Source: an uncultured Prevotellaceae bacterium
GTDB taxonomy: Bacteria; Bacteroidota; Bacteroidia; Bacteroidales; Bacteroidaceae
Direction of reading: 5' to 3'
DNA length: 64,000 nt
Assembly (NCBI GenBank): GCA_900318915.1
Contig: ONMI01000012.1
Coordinates: 15,515-79,514, forward strand
A model generated the notes under the pieces. It did not search any database. It was not told where the DNA came from and worked only from the letters and a program-made list of their open reading frames with translations. The translations under genes were made by a program, and so were the position numbers. Below are positions 1 to 9,300 of this stretch, piece after piece (the stretch's first letter is position 1; each line of letters starts with the position of its first letter).

Positions 1-161
1 AAGAATGTGCCTACGAAAAGCAAGCCAAACTGCTTGACGATGAATATGTCGAGTTTCCTGATTCGAAGCATAATATCTCCTCATGGCGCCATGGTGGCTA
101 CCAAAATGCAAAATTACGACAAATAATCAAGAAACGGATAGGTTTTTCAGTTTTTTAGCCT

Positions 162-560
162 TTACAGACCGGTAGAGTGGTGCAGGCGCTCCAGATTCTG
201 CTCCCATATCTGGGTCAGAGCGTCTTCTTCTTCCGGCAGGGCATAGTCGGTGATGCGGAGCATGTAGTCGCCCGTCAGTTCGTTGCGGAGCATCTGAAAC
301 TCCAGGTAGGCCTGGTCGTCGGTCTCATCGTCCCACCGCAGCGTGATGCTCTTGTTTTTCACCTTATTTAAAATAGTAGCGGTGCGTATCTCCTGGTGGC
401 GCCAGGGGTCGCCCCAAATAAACTGTATCCGGTCCTTCTGCTCTGTGGCATCATCGGCCACCCATTTCTTCAATCCTCCGGCGGTGCTAATCAGTTGCCA
501 GATGATAGAGCTGGAACGGGAGTGCAGTGGGTGCTCTAAAATGAGTTGTTGCTTTTCCAT
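162..560 (-). CDS. START-like (SRPBCC/START_2) domain protein
   Basis: 132-aa ORF with 'IWQLISTAGGLKKWVAD' and 'NELTGDYMLRITDY' pattern typical of Bacteroidales START-like proteins; TAnnTTTG box upstream (CAAAAATA on + at ~599-606). Confidence 0.75.
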   Translation of the reverse strand: MEKQQLILEHPLHSRSSSIIWQLISTAGGLKKWVADDATEQKDRIQFIWGDPWRHQEIRTATILNKVKNKSITLRWDDETDDQAYLEFQMLRNELTGDYMLRITDYALPEEEDALTQIWEQNLERLHHSTGL

Positions 561-670
561 AAATGTCGCAGCTTAGGTTAGATAGTGCCATACCGCTGCA
601 AAAATACAATTTTTTGCCACTAAAAAAGAAAGAAATCATAAAAAAATTTTGCGGTTTCAATTTTAATGCC

Positions 671-678
671 TACCTTTG
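671..678 (+). promoter_or_regulatory. Bacteroidetes sigma-ABfr -7 promoter element (TACCTTTG) for tRNA-Met
   Basis: Matches TAnnTTTG consensus, with TTTG (-33-like) at ~648-651. Confidence 0.7.
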
Positions 679-697
679 CACCCGCAAAACAAATGAT

Positions 698-771
698 GGC
701 GGGATAGCTCAGCTGGTTAGAGCGCATGATTCATAATCATGAGGTCATCAGTTCAATCCTGATTCCCGCTA
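698..771 (+). tRNA. tRNA-Met(CAT), elongator type
   Basis: GGCGGGA/TCCCGCT acceptor stem, D arm AGCTCAGCTGGTTAGAGC, anticodon arm CATGA-TTCATAA-TCATG, T arm ATCAG-TTCAATC-CTGAT; lacks the initiator GGG/CCC anticodon stem. Confidence 0.95.
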
Positions 772-778
772 CATGCAT

Positions 779-820
779 AATCAGAGAGTTACGAAGTTCG
801 TGACTCTCTGATTTCTTTTT
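779..820 (+). terminator. Hairpin plus T-tract after tRNA-Met
   Basis: AATCAGAGAGTTACGAA / TTCGTGACTCTCTGATT inverted repeat followed by TCTTTTT. Confidence 0.65.
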
Positions 821-844
821 GGGTGAAATGAAAGTGAAATTTCT

Positions 845-955
845 ACTGGTGGCCGCCAGGATGGTCATGGAACCATTGAAAAAGAGCATGGTGAGAATCA
901 CCTGCAGCATGGATTCGGTTCTTGTCAGCAAGTGATTCTTTTTCTTTATGTTCAT
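845..955 (-). pseudogene. Probable truncated 5' end of a secreted-protein gene
   Basis: MNIKKKNH...MLQVILTMLFFNGSMTILAA resembles a signal peptide, then the frame runs into the tRNA terminator and tRNA antisense. Confidence 0.35.
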
Positions 956-988
956 TTCTATTGATCCTTATTTTTTTGCAGGAGGGGA

Positions 989-2653
989 TTATTTGATTAC
1001 AAATTTTTTCCCGCCGGCGATGTAAATGCCGGGAGGCAGACTGCTGGCGCGTTCGATGTTGTCAGCAACTTTAATACCGTATAGGTTGTAGATTGCTGGG
1101 TCTTGGTTATATTCAGATGGTTTTGGCAGACTGATTTTCGTGGTCCCCTTTATGACGGGACGAATGGGGATGCCCAAAAAGTATTCGAAGTTCGCCATCT
1201 CTGCATTTTCCGAACTGAGGGCTAAAGTGTAAGCACCCGGATTGATCTCGAGTCCCCCTATGCTATAGATGGGCATTCGCTCGGACAACCAGTAAATACC
1301 GTAGGTGCTTTCATAGTAGAGATCGCCGAGGAGGCGGATGCCCGAAGAAGGCAAGAAGATGGTGTTGCCGCTTGGACCAGCAAACTGACCTCCAGAGATG
1401 CCGTCCTTTGTCGTCCATAAGTAGGCACAGTTGTCAAACAACTCTTGGACTTGTCCTATCGATGGTATCTGCCAATTTCCATCCCATTTGACGTGTGCCA
1501 CGTCGTACTGAGTGTTGGCAATGTCGCCGCCAATGTCATGCAAAGTTTCATCATTGCCGTCACAATGTATGTAGGTGCTCCAATCATAAATGTCTTTTTC
1601 CTCCGTCTCTCCCCAAGCGTAGTAGCCGCCGTTGGCTTCAGGCGCTGAAGCTCCGACATTGCAGCACGCCCATTTCGTTCCAGAAGGTAGGCCCAAGTCG
1701 ATGGCATGGGGGTGGTCGTCATTAGGGCAATGAGTGATTGGTTCCTCAACTGTCACTTTAATTGTGGCGGTCTTGCTGCTTTTGATGTCGGTCACGATAA
1801 TGATGGCTGAACCGGCCCTGAGGGCTGTGACAGTTATGGTATTGCCTCGTAAAGTGGCAGTCGCAACGGTTTCATCATCGCTGTAGGCTGTGTAACTGTC
1901 AAAGCCCCAGATAATATCAACGGTCTTTTTTAAACCAACATAAATGGTAAGGTTTGAAGAGGAGAGAATTAAAGAATCTTCAAAACCACATGCGATGGGA
2001 CGTACAGAATGACCCGAATAGCGATAATTATAAAATGAGGATGGGATGATTGAGTCAACATGGAAAGATCCGCAAAATTCAGCGTCTCCATAAGAGGATG
2101 ACCAATACCAGCCACCATAGATGCCGTTATTGTCGAAGTAGGTTTCGTCTTCTATGCAGTAACCTGTCGCTGGCAAGAATATGCTGTTCCCGTTCGGACC
2201 TGTAAACAAGCCGCCTTTAAGCCCATTTATCGTTAGCCACTCAAAAGAACAATTTCTCACCAGTTCTTCATATCGTAATACATTCGGCATCTGCCACCCT
2301 TCGCCCCAAGCCAAATATGCCACATCGTATTGTGTGTGGGCTATGTCCTCGCCTATTTCCGTAAATACGTAATATTTCTTATCCCCGAAATATTGATACG
2401 CATTACTGTCGTCTACTTCATAGGCATATTGGTAAGATGCAGGCGAATAGATGTTTTTTTCCTCCGTCTCCCCCCAGGCATAATACCCTCCACAATCTTC
2501 GGGCTTGTCGGCTCCCACATTGCAACAAGCCCATTTAGCACCTGAGGGCAGGCCGAGGTCAATAATGTGGGGGTGGTTGTCATCAGGGCAGGATTGGGCC
2601 TTGGCTATTAGAGCGATGGCAAGAAATGCGAATATCGTTAATCGTCTATTCAT
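989..2653 (-). CDS. Secreted protein with two DLGLPSG-type (C-type-lectin-like, DUF1566/Fib_succ-related) domains, an Ig-like linker and a T9SS-type C-terminus
   Basis: Signal peptide; duplicated CPxDxHPHxIDLGLPSGxKWACCNVGA...YYAWGETEEK...YW...xRP domain; Big_2-like linker; GIYIAGGKKFVIK end. Confidence 0.75.
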   Translation of the reverse strand: MNRRLTIFAFLAIALIAKAQSCPDDNHPHIIDLGLPSGAKWACCNVGADKPEDCGGYYAWGETEEKNIYSPASYQYAYEVDDSNAYQYFGDKKYYVFTEIGEDIAHTQYDVAYLAWGEGWQMPNVLRYEELVRNCSFEWLTINGLKGGLFTGPNGNSIFLPATGYCIEDETYFDNNGIYGGWYWSSSYGDAEFCGSFHVDSIIPSSFYNYRYSGHSVRPIACGFEDSLILSSSNLTIYVGLKKTVDIIWGFDSYTAYSDDETVATATLRGNTITVTALRAGSAIIIVTDIKSSKTATIKVTVEEPITHCPNDDHPHAIDLGLPSGTKWACCNVGASAPEANGGYYAWGETEEKDIYDWSTYIHCDGNDETLHDIGGDIANTQYDVAHVKWDGNWQIPSIGQVQELFDNCAYLWTTKDGISGGQFAGPSGNTIFLPSSGIRLLGDLYYESTYGIYWLSERMPIYSIGGLEINPGAYTLALSSENAEMANFEYFLGIPIRPVIKGTTKISLPKPSEYNQDPAIYNLYGIKVADNIERASSLPPGIYIAGGKKFVIK

Positions 2654-3009
2654 GGTTGTACTGATTATTCCTCCTCTGACTGCAAATATAGAATAATTAT
2701 TTCAAATTGGGAATAATGCGCCCGCCTTTTTTATCACCTATCGGTCATTATGTTTCGGATCTATTTTCCTGGCTTTTTTCGGGCCTCGCCATGTGCCGAG
2801 TGGTCTGGTGTATGTGGTTCTGCACGGTGAGGAGACTTGACAAAATGTCAAAAACTGACAGATTATATCATTGCGTAATTGTTACGCGACATATTGGCAT
2901 GCTTTTCACCATTTTTGCCCTGAAAAATGGCAGAAAACCATTGGCACACTATTTGCGGTTATGTTATTGCGTGAATATTACGCAATGTTAACTTAATAAA
3001 TTTGATTTT

Positions 3010-3378
3010 ATGCAGTACACAGTTAGAGATTTGTTGCACGGAGCAAGAGTGATGTCGAGAAGTGTTTTCGGTCAGAAGGATGAATACACCATCAAATTCA
3101 ATCATGAGGACGATGGTCTCTGGTATGTGGATTTCCCCAACTGGCCCTTCGACCATCACAATCTTCTGATGGTGGCAGGTGCCGACAAGTTGTGCGCCTT
3201 CCTTTCGGATGATGATGTGACCTCCGAAATCCTGGTTCGTCCGTCGAGCAAGAGACTACAGCTCGAGGGTTACGCCGAACTGATTATCTGGCTCTGCCCT
3301 GTCACCCTGTTTGTCCTGGGCAAGTATCCCAAGTACATGTACATCAAGAAAGCTCCCCGTGCAACTTCGTCCAAGTAA
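3010..3378 (+). CDS. DUF6717-like protein, possibly with an internal deletion
   Basis: WYVDFPNWP...LLMVAGADKLC and C-terminal WLCPVTLFVLGKYPKYMYIK motifs. Confidence 0.6.
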   Translation: MQYTVRDLLHGARVMSRSVFGQKDEYTIKFNHEDDGLWYVDFPNWPFDHHNLLMVAGADKLCAFLSDDDVTSEILVRPSSKRLQLEGYAELIIWLCPVTLFVLGKYPKYMYIKKAPRATSSK

Positions 3379-3421
3379 GCTTGGAATTACGAATCCGATA
3401 AATAAGAGAGTGGGCGACGGA

Positions 3422-3877
3422 CATGCCATGCGCATGGCACGACTCGAGGAACCGGGCACCGGCACCATCACCACCGGTAAACTGGACCTGAGCTCTTGCG
3501 TCAACCAGCCCATGCTCACCTTCGACGCCAAGTCGGAGACCATCCATGAGATATCTCTCTACGGATGCTCGGAGTATGGTGCACTGCAACCGCTCGGCAC
3601 CTATCCGGTGACCACCGAATACAGCACCATCGAGGTGCCCGTGGGAGCCGTGGCAGGCGGACGCTTCTCGCGCATCGTCTTCTCGGTCGACTTCCAGGTG
3701 CCCACCCATGCCGGTTGGTTCGAGGTGGAGAGCTGGGGTGATACCATGTATCTCGACAATATCTGCATCACCGATACCGATGGCATCACCGAACTATCCG
3801 ACGTCACCGGAAAAGACCGCTTGAAGGGCCTGAAGGGCCTCTACCTGGTCAACGGACAAAAGATGGTGATCAAGTAA
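3422..3877 (+). pseudogene. C-terminal fragment of a T9SS-secreted protein
   Basis: Beta-sandwich-like sequence (TGKLDLS...YLDNICIT) and T9SS-type tail GLYLVNGQKMVIK, but no signal peptide or N-terminal domains. Confidence 0.55.
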
Positions 3878-3899
3878 AAACCAAACCCTCTCAATGACA

Positions 3900-3936
3900 G
3901 AAAGGCCGCCGGAAATCATTCTGGCGGCCTTTCTTC
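3900..3936. terminator. Bidirectional intrinsic terminator
   Basis: GAAAGGCCGCCGGAA / TTCTGGCGGCCTTTC hairpin between convergent genes. Confidence 0.75.
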
Positions 3937-3963
3937 TTGGAAAAGCTCGTGTCGCCTGATGGC

Positions 3964-4854
3964 TCAGATGCCGGCACCGTCGATGAAACCGTGGAATTTC
4001 ACGGGCTTGGGCTGCCGCACCTGTGAGTGGGGCGCCACATCCTTCGTAATCCACAGGTTACCGCCTATTATGGAGTCGTGCCCTATGCGTATGCGCCCCA
4101 GCAGGGTGCTGTTGGAGTAGATGGTCACACGGTCTTCGATGATGGGGTGGCGGGGCTCGTTGAGCAGCGTGCCCTCCTCGCTGCGGTGGAAGTTTTTGGC
4201 ACCTAATGTCACGCCCTGGTAAATCATCACCTCATTGCCGATGACAGCCGTCTCGCCAATCACGATGCCCGTGCCGTGGTCGATACCGAACGAGGCCCCT
4301 ATGTGTGCCGCTGGATGGATGTCGACACCGGTGATGGAGTGGGCGCGCTCTGTCATCATGCGGGGCACCAGGGGCACACCGGCTTCATACAGGGCGTGGG
4401 CCACACGGTAGTGCAGCATCACGGTGATGGCGGGGTAGCAGCTCACAATCTCCACAGGAGAGGTGGCGGCGGGGTCGTTGTGGCCCACGGCCTCCACATC
4501 GGTGTAGAGGAGCGACTGGATGGAGGGCAACTCACTGATGAACTGCTGCGTCATGGCTTCTGCGCGCGTTGCCGTTTCCCCGGCGGCTCCGGCTCCGGTG
4601 GCACGCAGACCGGCTTCTATCAGCGGGCGGGCGAGGCTTGCCACTGCCTGAAGCTGCTGTGCTGTGCCGTCGGCGGTTGTCTGCTGCCGTGGTGCGTAGA
4701 TAGTGGGGAAGAAGAGGCGGCGCAGCACCTGCATCAGTGCCCCGATGTCTTCGACAGAGGGCAGGAAGCCGGTGCCCTGCCATTCCTTCTCTTTCTCTTG
4801 TTGGAGATGCTGCATGCGCTGGGCCGTTTCGGTGGTGAGTAGGTCGATGTCCAT
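3964..4854 (-). CDS. cysE: Serine O-acetyltransferase
   Basis: DPAA, YRVAHAL, GVDIHPAA, IDHGTGIVIGET, RHP motifs and hexapeptide repeats; downstream of cysK. Confidence 0.93.
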   Translation of the reverse strand: MDIDLLTTETAQRMQHLQQEKEKEWQGTGFLPSVEDIGALMQVLRRLFFPTIYAPRQQTTADGTAQQLQAVASLARPLIEAGLRATGAGAAGETATRAEAMTQQFISELPSIQSLLYTDVEAVGHNDPAATSPVEIVSCYPAITVMLHYRVAHALYEAGVPLVPRMMTERAHSITGVDIHPAAHIGASFGIDHGTGIVIGETAVIGNEVMIYQGVTLGAKNFHRSEEGTLLNEPRHPIIEDRVTIYSNSTLLGRIRIGHDSIIGGNLWITKDVAPHSQVRQPKPVKFHGFIDGAGI

Positions 4855-4874
4855 ATGGCTTGGATGCTGAACGG

Positions 4875-5792
4875 TTAGACGAAAAGGTCGGTCGACAGGT
4901 AACGCTCGCCGGTGTCGGGCAGCAGCGCCACGATGGTCTTTCCGGCGTATTCGGGCAGCAGCGCCAGACGGAGGGCGGCGGCGTAGGAGGCACCGGATGA
5001 GATGCCCACCAGCAGCCCCTCGCGCTGTGCCAGGCGCCGGGCACCCTGCTGGGCCTCCTCATAGCTCATGGTGATGATGCGGTCCACCACACCGCCGTCG
5101 TAGGTCTGAGGCACGAAACCGGCACCGATGCCCTGTATCTTGTGCTTGCCGGCCTGTCCGGTGGAGAGCACGGCCGAGGTGTCGGGCTCCACCGCCACCA
5201 CTTCTATTTGCGGTTTGTGGCGTTTCAGCGCCTTGCCCACACCGCTCAGGGTGCCGCCCGTGCCCACGCCGGCCACGAACACATCTACCTCTCCGTCGGT
5301 GTCGCTCCATATCTCCTCGCCTGTGGTGCGCACATGGGCGGCGGGATTGGCGGGGTTCTCAAATTGTCCCAGGATCACGGCGCCCTCTATCTCCTGCCGC
5401 AACTGTTCGGCGCGGGCTATGGCGCCCTTCATACCCTGGGCACCGGGGGTCAGCTCCAGTTGGGCGCCGTAGGCGCGCAGCAGGTTGCGGCGCTCTATGC
5501 TCATCGTCTCGGGCATGGTGAGTATCACCTTGTAGCCGCGGCTGCCGCCCACCCAGGCCAGTCCCACTCCGGTGTTGCCACTGGTGGGCTCAATGATGGT
5601 GGCGCCGGGCTGGAGGCGTCCGTTCCGCTCGGCATCTTCTATCATGGCGAGCGCAATGCGGTCTTTCACACTGCCGCCGGGGTTGGCATACTCCAGTTTC
5701 ACTATCACGCGGGCCTGCTGCCCCTTCTGCTTTGTGGTTTCCAGGAGCGGGGTGTGCCCGATCAGGTCGGTAAGTTTTTTGTAAATTTTCAT
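4875..5792 (-). CDS. cysK: Cysteine synthase A (O-acetylserine sulfhydrylase)
   Basis: IGHTPL, NPGGSVKDRIA (PLP lysine), EPTSGNTG, GTGGT, HKIQGIG, ERYLST; start moved to MKIYKK at 5792. Confidence 0.96.
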   Translation of the reverse strand: MKIYKKLTDLIGHTPLLETTKQKGQQARVIVKLEYANPGGSVKDRIALAMIEDAERNGRLQPGATIIEPTSGNTGVGLAWVGGSRGYKVILTMPETMSIERRNLLRAYGAQLELTPGAQGMKGAIARAEQLRQEIEGAVILGQFENPANPAAHVRTTGEEIWSDTDGEVDVFVAGVGTGGTLSGVGKALKRHKPQIEVVAVEPDTSAVLSTGQAGKHKIQGIGAGFVPQTYDGGVVDRIITMSYEEAQQGARRLAQREGLLVGISSGASYAAALRLALLPEYAGKTIVALLPDTGERYLSTDLFV

Positions 5793-5844
5793 ACTGTTTT
5801 TATTTTTATGGTTGAGATTGCTTGTGGATGGATTCGCTCTTAGG

Positions 5845-5895
5845 ATAAATGCGGAAGGCTCCGCCAATCTATGCCGATTAGCGGAGCCTTCCGTA
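5845..5895 (-). terminator. Attenuator/terminator hairpin upstream of cysK
   Basis: Minus strand ACGGAAGGCTCCGCTAATC-ggcata-GATTGGCGGAGCCTTCCGC followed by ATTTAT. Confidence 0.7.
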
Positions 5896-5932
5896 GGGTG
5901 TTCTGTATGTCGATGCCAGACCGTCTCTATAC

Positions 5933-6013
5933 CTACACACCATTTGTGCCGCTAATCAGCCGATTAGCGCAACAACACAAAGCGCGGTTCTGTAGGGTAG
6001 GGGTCGTCATCAT
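5933..6013 (-). CDS. Cys-rich leader peptide MMTTPTLQNRALCCCANRLISGTNGV (putative cysKE attenuator)
   Basis: 26-aa uORF with TGT TGT TGC at 5977-5969, lying between a TAnnTTTG promoter (6036-6043) and the terminator hairpin. Confidence 0.75.
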   Translation of the reverse strand: MMTTPTLQNRALCCCANRLISGTNGV

Positions 6014-6146
6014 CCTTTTTGTCTTTTTACGGCTGCAAAAATAATCACTTTGCTTGAAACTACCAAATTTTTCTTCCGATTTTTTAATTTTGTTGCCGCT
6101 TTGGTTGTATTTTGTCATTGTTGGCTGATTATGTTGAACTAGTTAT

Positions 6147-6184
6147 GAAAAAGTCGAGACCCAAACACAGGTCTCGACTTTTTC
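6147..6184. terminator. Intrinsic terminator closing the large surface-protein operon
   Basis: GAAAAAGTCGAGACC / GGTCTCGACTTTTTC perfect inverted repeat with T tracts on both sides. Confidence 0.85.
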
Positions 6185-6228
6185 TATTACTCAGGCAGGC
6201 TGTATGAGCATCGCCTATTTCGATAATT

Positions 6229-6375
6229 TCATTCGAAAGCCAGAGGATTTTCGTTCGACAGCACATCGCCAGAATCAGACACCTTCACAGAGTGGTCAAT
6301 GTCTACCGAGAGAGCGATGCAATTGCTTGTTTCCACGCAAAGCGTTTTGATTAACGGTTTGATATACTTTTTCAT
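6229..6375 (-). CDS. 48-aa small protein of the MKKxYxxP type (MKKYIKPLIKTLCVETSNCIALSVDIDHSVKVSDSGDVLSNENPLAFE)
   Basis: Hand-translated ORF below the track cutoff; starts 16 nt after the stop of the 2.4-kaa gene and ends before the terminator; YxxP motif near the N-terminus and an acidic tail. Confidence 0.7.
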   Translation of the reverse strand: MKKYIKPLIKTLCVETSNCIALSVDIDHSVKVSDSGDVLSNENPLAFE

Positions 6376-6391
6376 ATAGTCTTAATGATTA

Positions 6392-9300
6392 TTATTTCAC
6401 CATAATTTTCTTTCCCTTCAGGATGTGCAACCCCTTCTGCTTCAAGTCAATCTTCACACCATCGGCACGGAAGTGGTCGGTGTCTTGTTCGGCTTGGCGA
6501 ATCATGTCTATGAGCAGGGTCTCATCGAAGATGATTTCAAGGCTGTTGTTCTCATCCTCATCCAAGTAATACAGCAAGTATGCCTTGAATCTCGGTATAA
6601 CCAGTCCGCGCTCTGCCTGATGGAACTTGGGCTTTCCGGTCAGGTTGGCTAAGACATAGACATCGTCAGTAGTCACCGTGAATGGTTCAAAGGCTGTGCC
6701 GGTGAGCAGATTGTCGGTGAGCAGGGTGGCTCCGTAGGCAGCAGGAATGTCTATTCGGCTGCCTGCATCGCCCTGAAGCACCAGACCCTCGCCAGCGGCT
6801 GCAACCTCTACTTCGTTGAGGATTACACGCTGTGTATTGTACACTTTGCCGTAGTATGCCTTCACGGGTGCGGATGCCTGTGTGAAGTCCAGACCCACAA
6901 CACTTGAGTAGGTGCAGAGGCCACTGGCCGACATATAGACGGTGGCACCCGGCTGCAGCACGAAGAAGCAGTTGGTCGCTTCGTCGCCGAAGCTAACGCT
7001 CTGTTCCTGGCTGTCGATGAAGCCCTCGGCCGTGCAACTGATAACATAGTCCTTTGAAGTATCGTCTACCTGCATGGTGAATTGACCCGAAGAGTTGGTG
7101 GTCGTAGTGTAGGTTACATCACCGCTGCGCAGGGTGACAGTAGCTCCGACAACGGGCTCGCCATCGGCTGTCTGTGCTGTAATGATACCGTTCACCGTGT
7201 TGTTGGGCTCCGTCTGCTCTCTGGGTGTGAACGAGAGGAGGTAGGTCTCTCCGTTGGCGGGCAGGTTGCCCACAAAGTGGATACGGTTCTCATAGAGCGG
7301 GTCTTTTCCGTCGCGCAGGGTCCGATCGGTACGCCACACATTGTCGAGCGGTATCTCCACACCGTCGCTCTGCCTGATTACGGCTGTAAGCTCCTGCTTG
7401 CCGTCGGTCGGGTCGATGAGAGTGCCGTAGGTCCAACCGGCCTCCGACGGACTTACTGAGAGCAGATAGTCGTCGCCCTGAGGCGTGAGTGTGGCGGCAG
7501 CGGCCATGCCCACCATGTCGTCGGTACCGTCGGTGAGGTACACCTTGTCGGGCAGGTCATCGGCGTCGGCAATGTCGTTCACCAGGAATCCACGCTTGCC
7601 GTCTGCGGCGGTGAAGCCGTGGATAAGTTCATGGATTCTGACTTCGTCGAGCAGCGAGAGGTCTTCGTTGCCGTAACTGGTCAGGTGGTTGTAGCTCACA
7701 CTGTAGTCGGTGAAGTGGCCGAGCAGCGAACTTTGCAGCCACCACTGGGCATAGGTCTGGGTGCCGGCCTCAATGGTGCCGAAGTCATTGGCTATGCTTT
7801 CACCGAATGCCAGTGTCTTCTCCTCGCCGTTTACCTGCGAGCTCAAGATCTCGAAGTCTATCAGAAGACCTTTCTCATTGTCGATAATCTCAGGCTGCTG
7901 GGTAGTCATGCGCACGTTGGTGGCGTCGCCATAGCCCTTGTTGTTGATGAGCAGGGCGAACTCGGCGGGCTCCATGGGCTCCACAACATCCTCCGTGAGC
8001 GGGTCGTCGCCATAGACATCGCGCTGCAGGAAGTAGTCGAGGTCAAGTTCCGGCGAAGGCTTCACTGTCAGTGTGACGGGATACAGCTCGCGTGTCACTT
8101 CCAAGCCTGAGAAAGGATCAATGTAAGAGAGTGTTCCGCCAAATGAATAATCAACAGGTCCAGTTGGTGCTGCGTACTTCGTTGGGATAAATATGATAGT
8201 TGCTATTCCAGTCCCACCTGCGGCAAGCGACCAACCACTCGTCAAATCCAATTCTCCATTGAAACCATTCAGTGTCTCAGGATTGATTTGGAACTCATGT
8301 GAAGTCGCCACCTTGCCATCGGCACTGCTGACATTCAAAGTCAACTTGACATCTGTCATGGCTTCCGTCTCATGACCGTTGAATATGGTCAATGTGCCAC
8401 GGAATGCCTGACGGGTCATCACCATGTTTTGTGTGAACTGTAGGGTTATGGATGCACAAACAGTAGACTTGCCTTCCTGCAATTTTTCATAACAACGATT
8501 CAATTCTACTCCCCACATTTCTCCAACACTGTTGTAACCCATCTCAATGGCTTCTTTTTCAGCTTCTTCCATCTTTGAATAAGCATTCTTTATGTTTTCA
8601 TAATGAATGCGATTCTCAGAATCCTGGCCAGTAAGGTCAAAAGTAGTCGTATTGTTCAATCTCTCAATAAACTGATAGTATTGGGTAAGACTGATTCCCA
8701 TAGGTTTGTATAAGAGATAATCATCCGCCACAAGGTATTTATTGTTGGTAAATGCAACTTCATCCAAAATGGCTTCCATCTCTCCTAAGGTAGTATTTGT
8801 CACCCAAGCACTATCTCCAAACAGTTCAATGATAATATCCAGATAACTACAGTATTCCTTAGAAGTTGTCATAGCGGCATTTCGTAGTTGTGTAATATAA
8901 CTTGGTTCTGATGCCGCTCTCTTAGCACGGTTATACAGGCTTTCTGGATCACAAGGTTCTGTAAGTGAAATCACACATGATGCCACGTCTGCTAATGTGC
9001 CAATTCCCTCACATATTGCGGCCACAGGAATACCAACACCTGTCACAGCAGTTGAAGATTCACATAATGCTGCAATACATCCAACTCCAGATAATGTGCA
9101 ATCTGCATAAAAGCGCCAATCTGTATCACCTTCAATTGAACTCTTGCCACAATCTATACCACCTTTAGCACATCCCAAAGCGCTTGGTAATATGAAACTG
9201 ATTCCACAGTCTACCAATTTCTTGGAATAATGGTCTACGCATGGTATACAATTGTTGGTCTCGTCTTTTGTCGTCACATTGTTATTATTCGTATTGGGGT

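Noticed and set aside
737-844. C-terminal part of the 72-aa ORF 737-955
   Set aside because: Runs antisense through the tRNA-Met and its terminator; not a credible coding sequence
989-3000. Complete diversity-generating retroelement
   Set aside because: No reverse transcriptase, Avd or template repeat seen in the window; only a target-like protein
5793-5867. N-terminal extension of CysK in the ORF track
   Set aside because: Overlaps the attenuator hairpin; homology starts at MKIYKK (5792) after an A-rich initiation region
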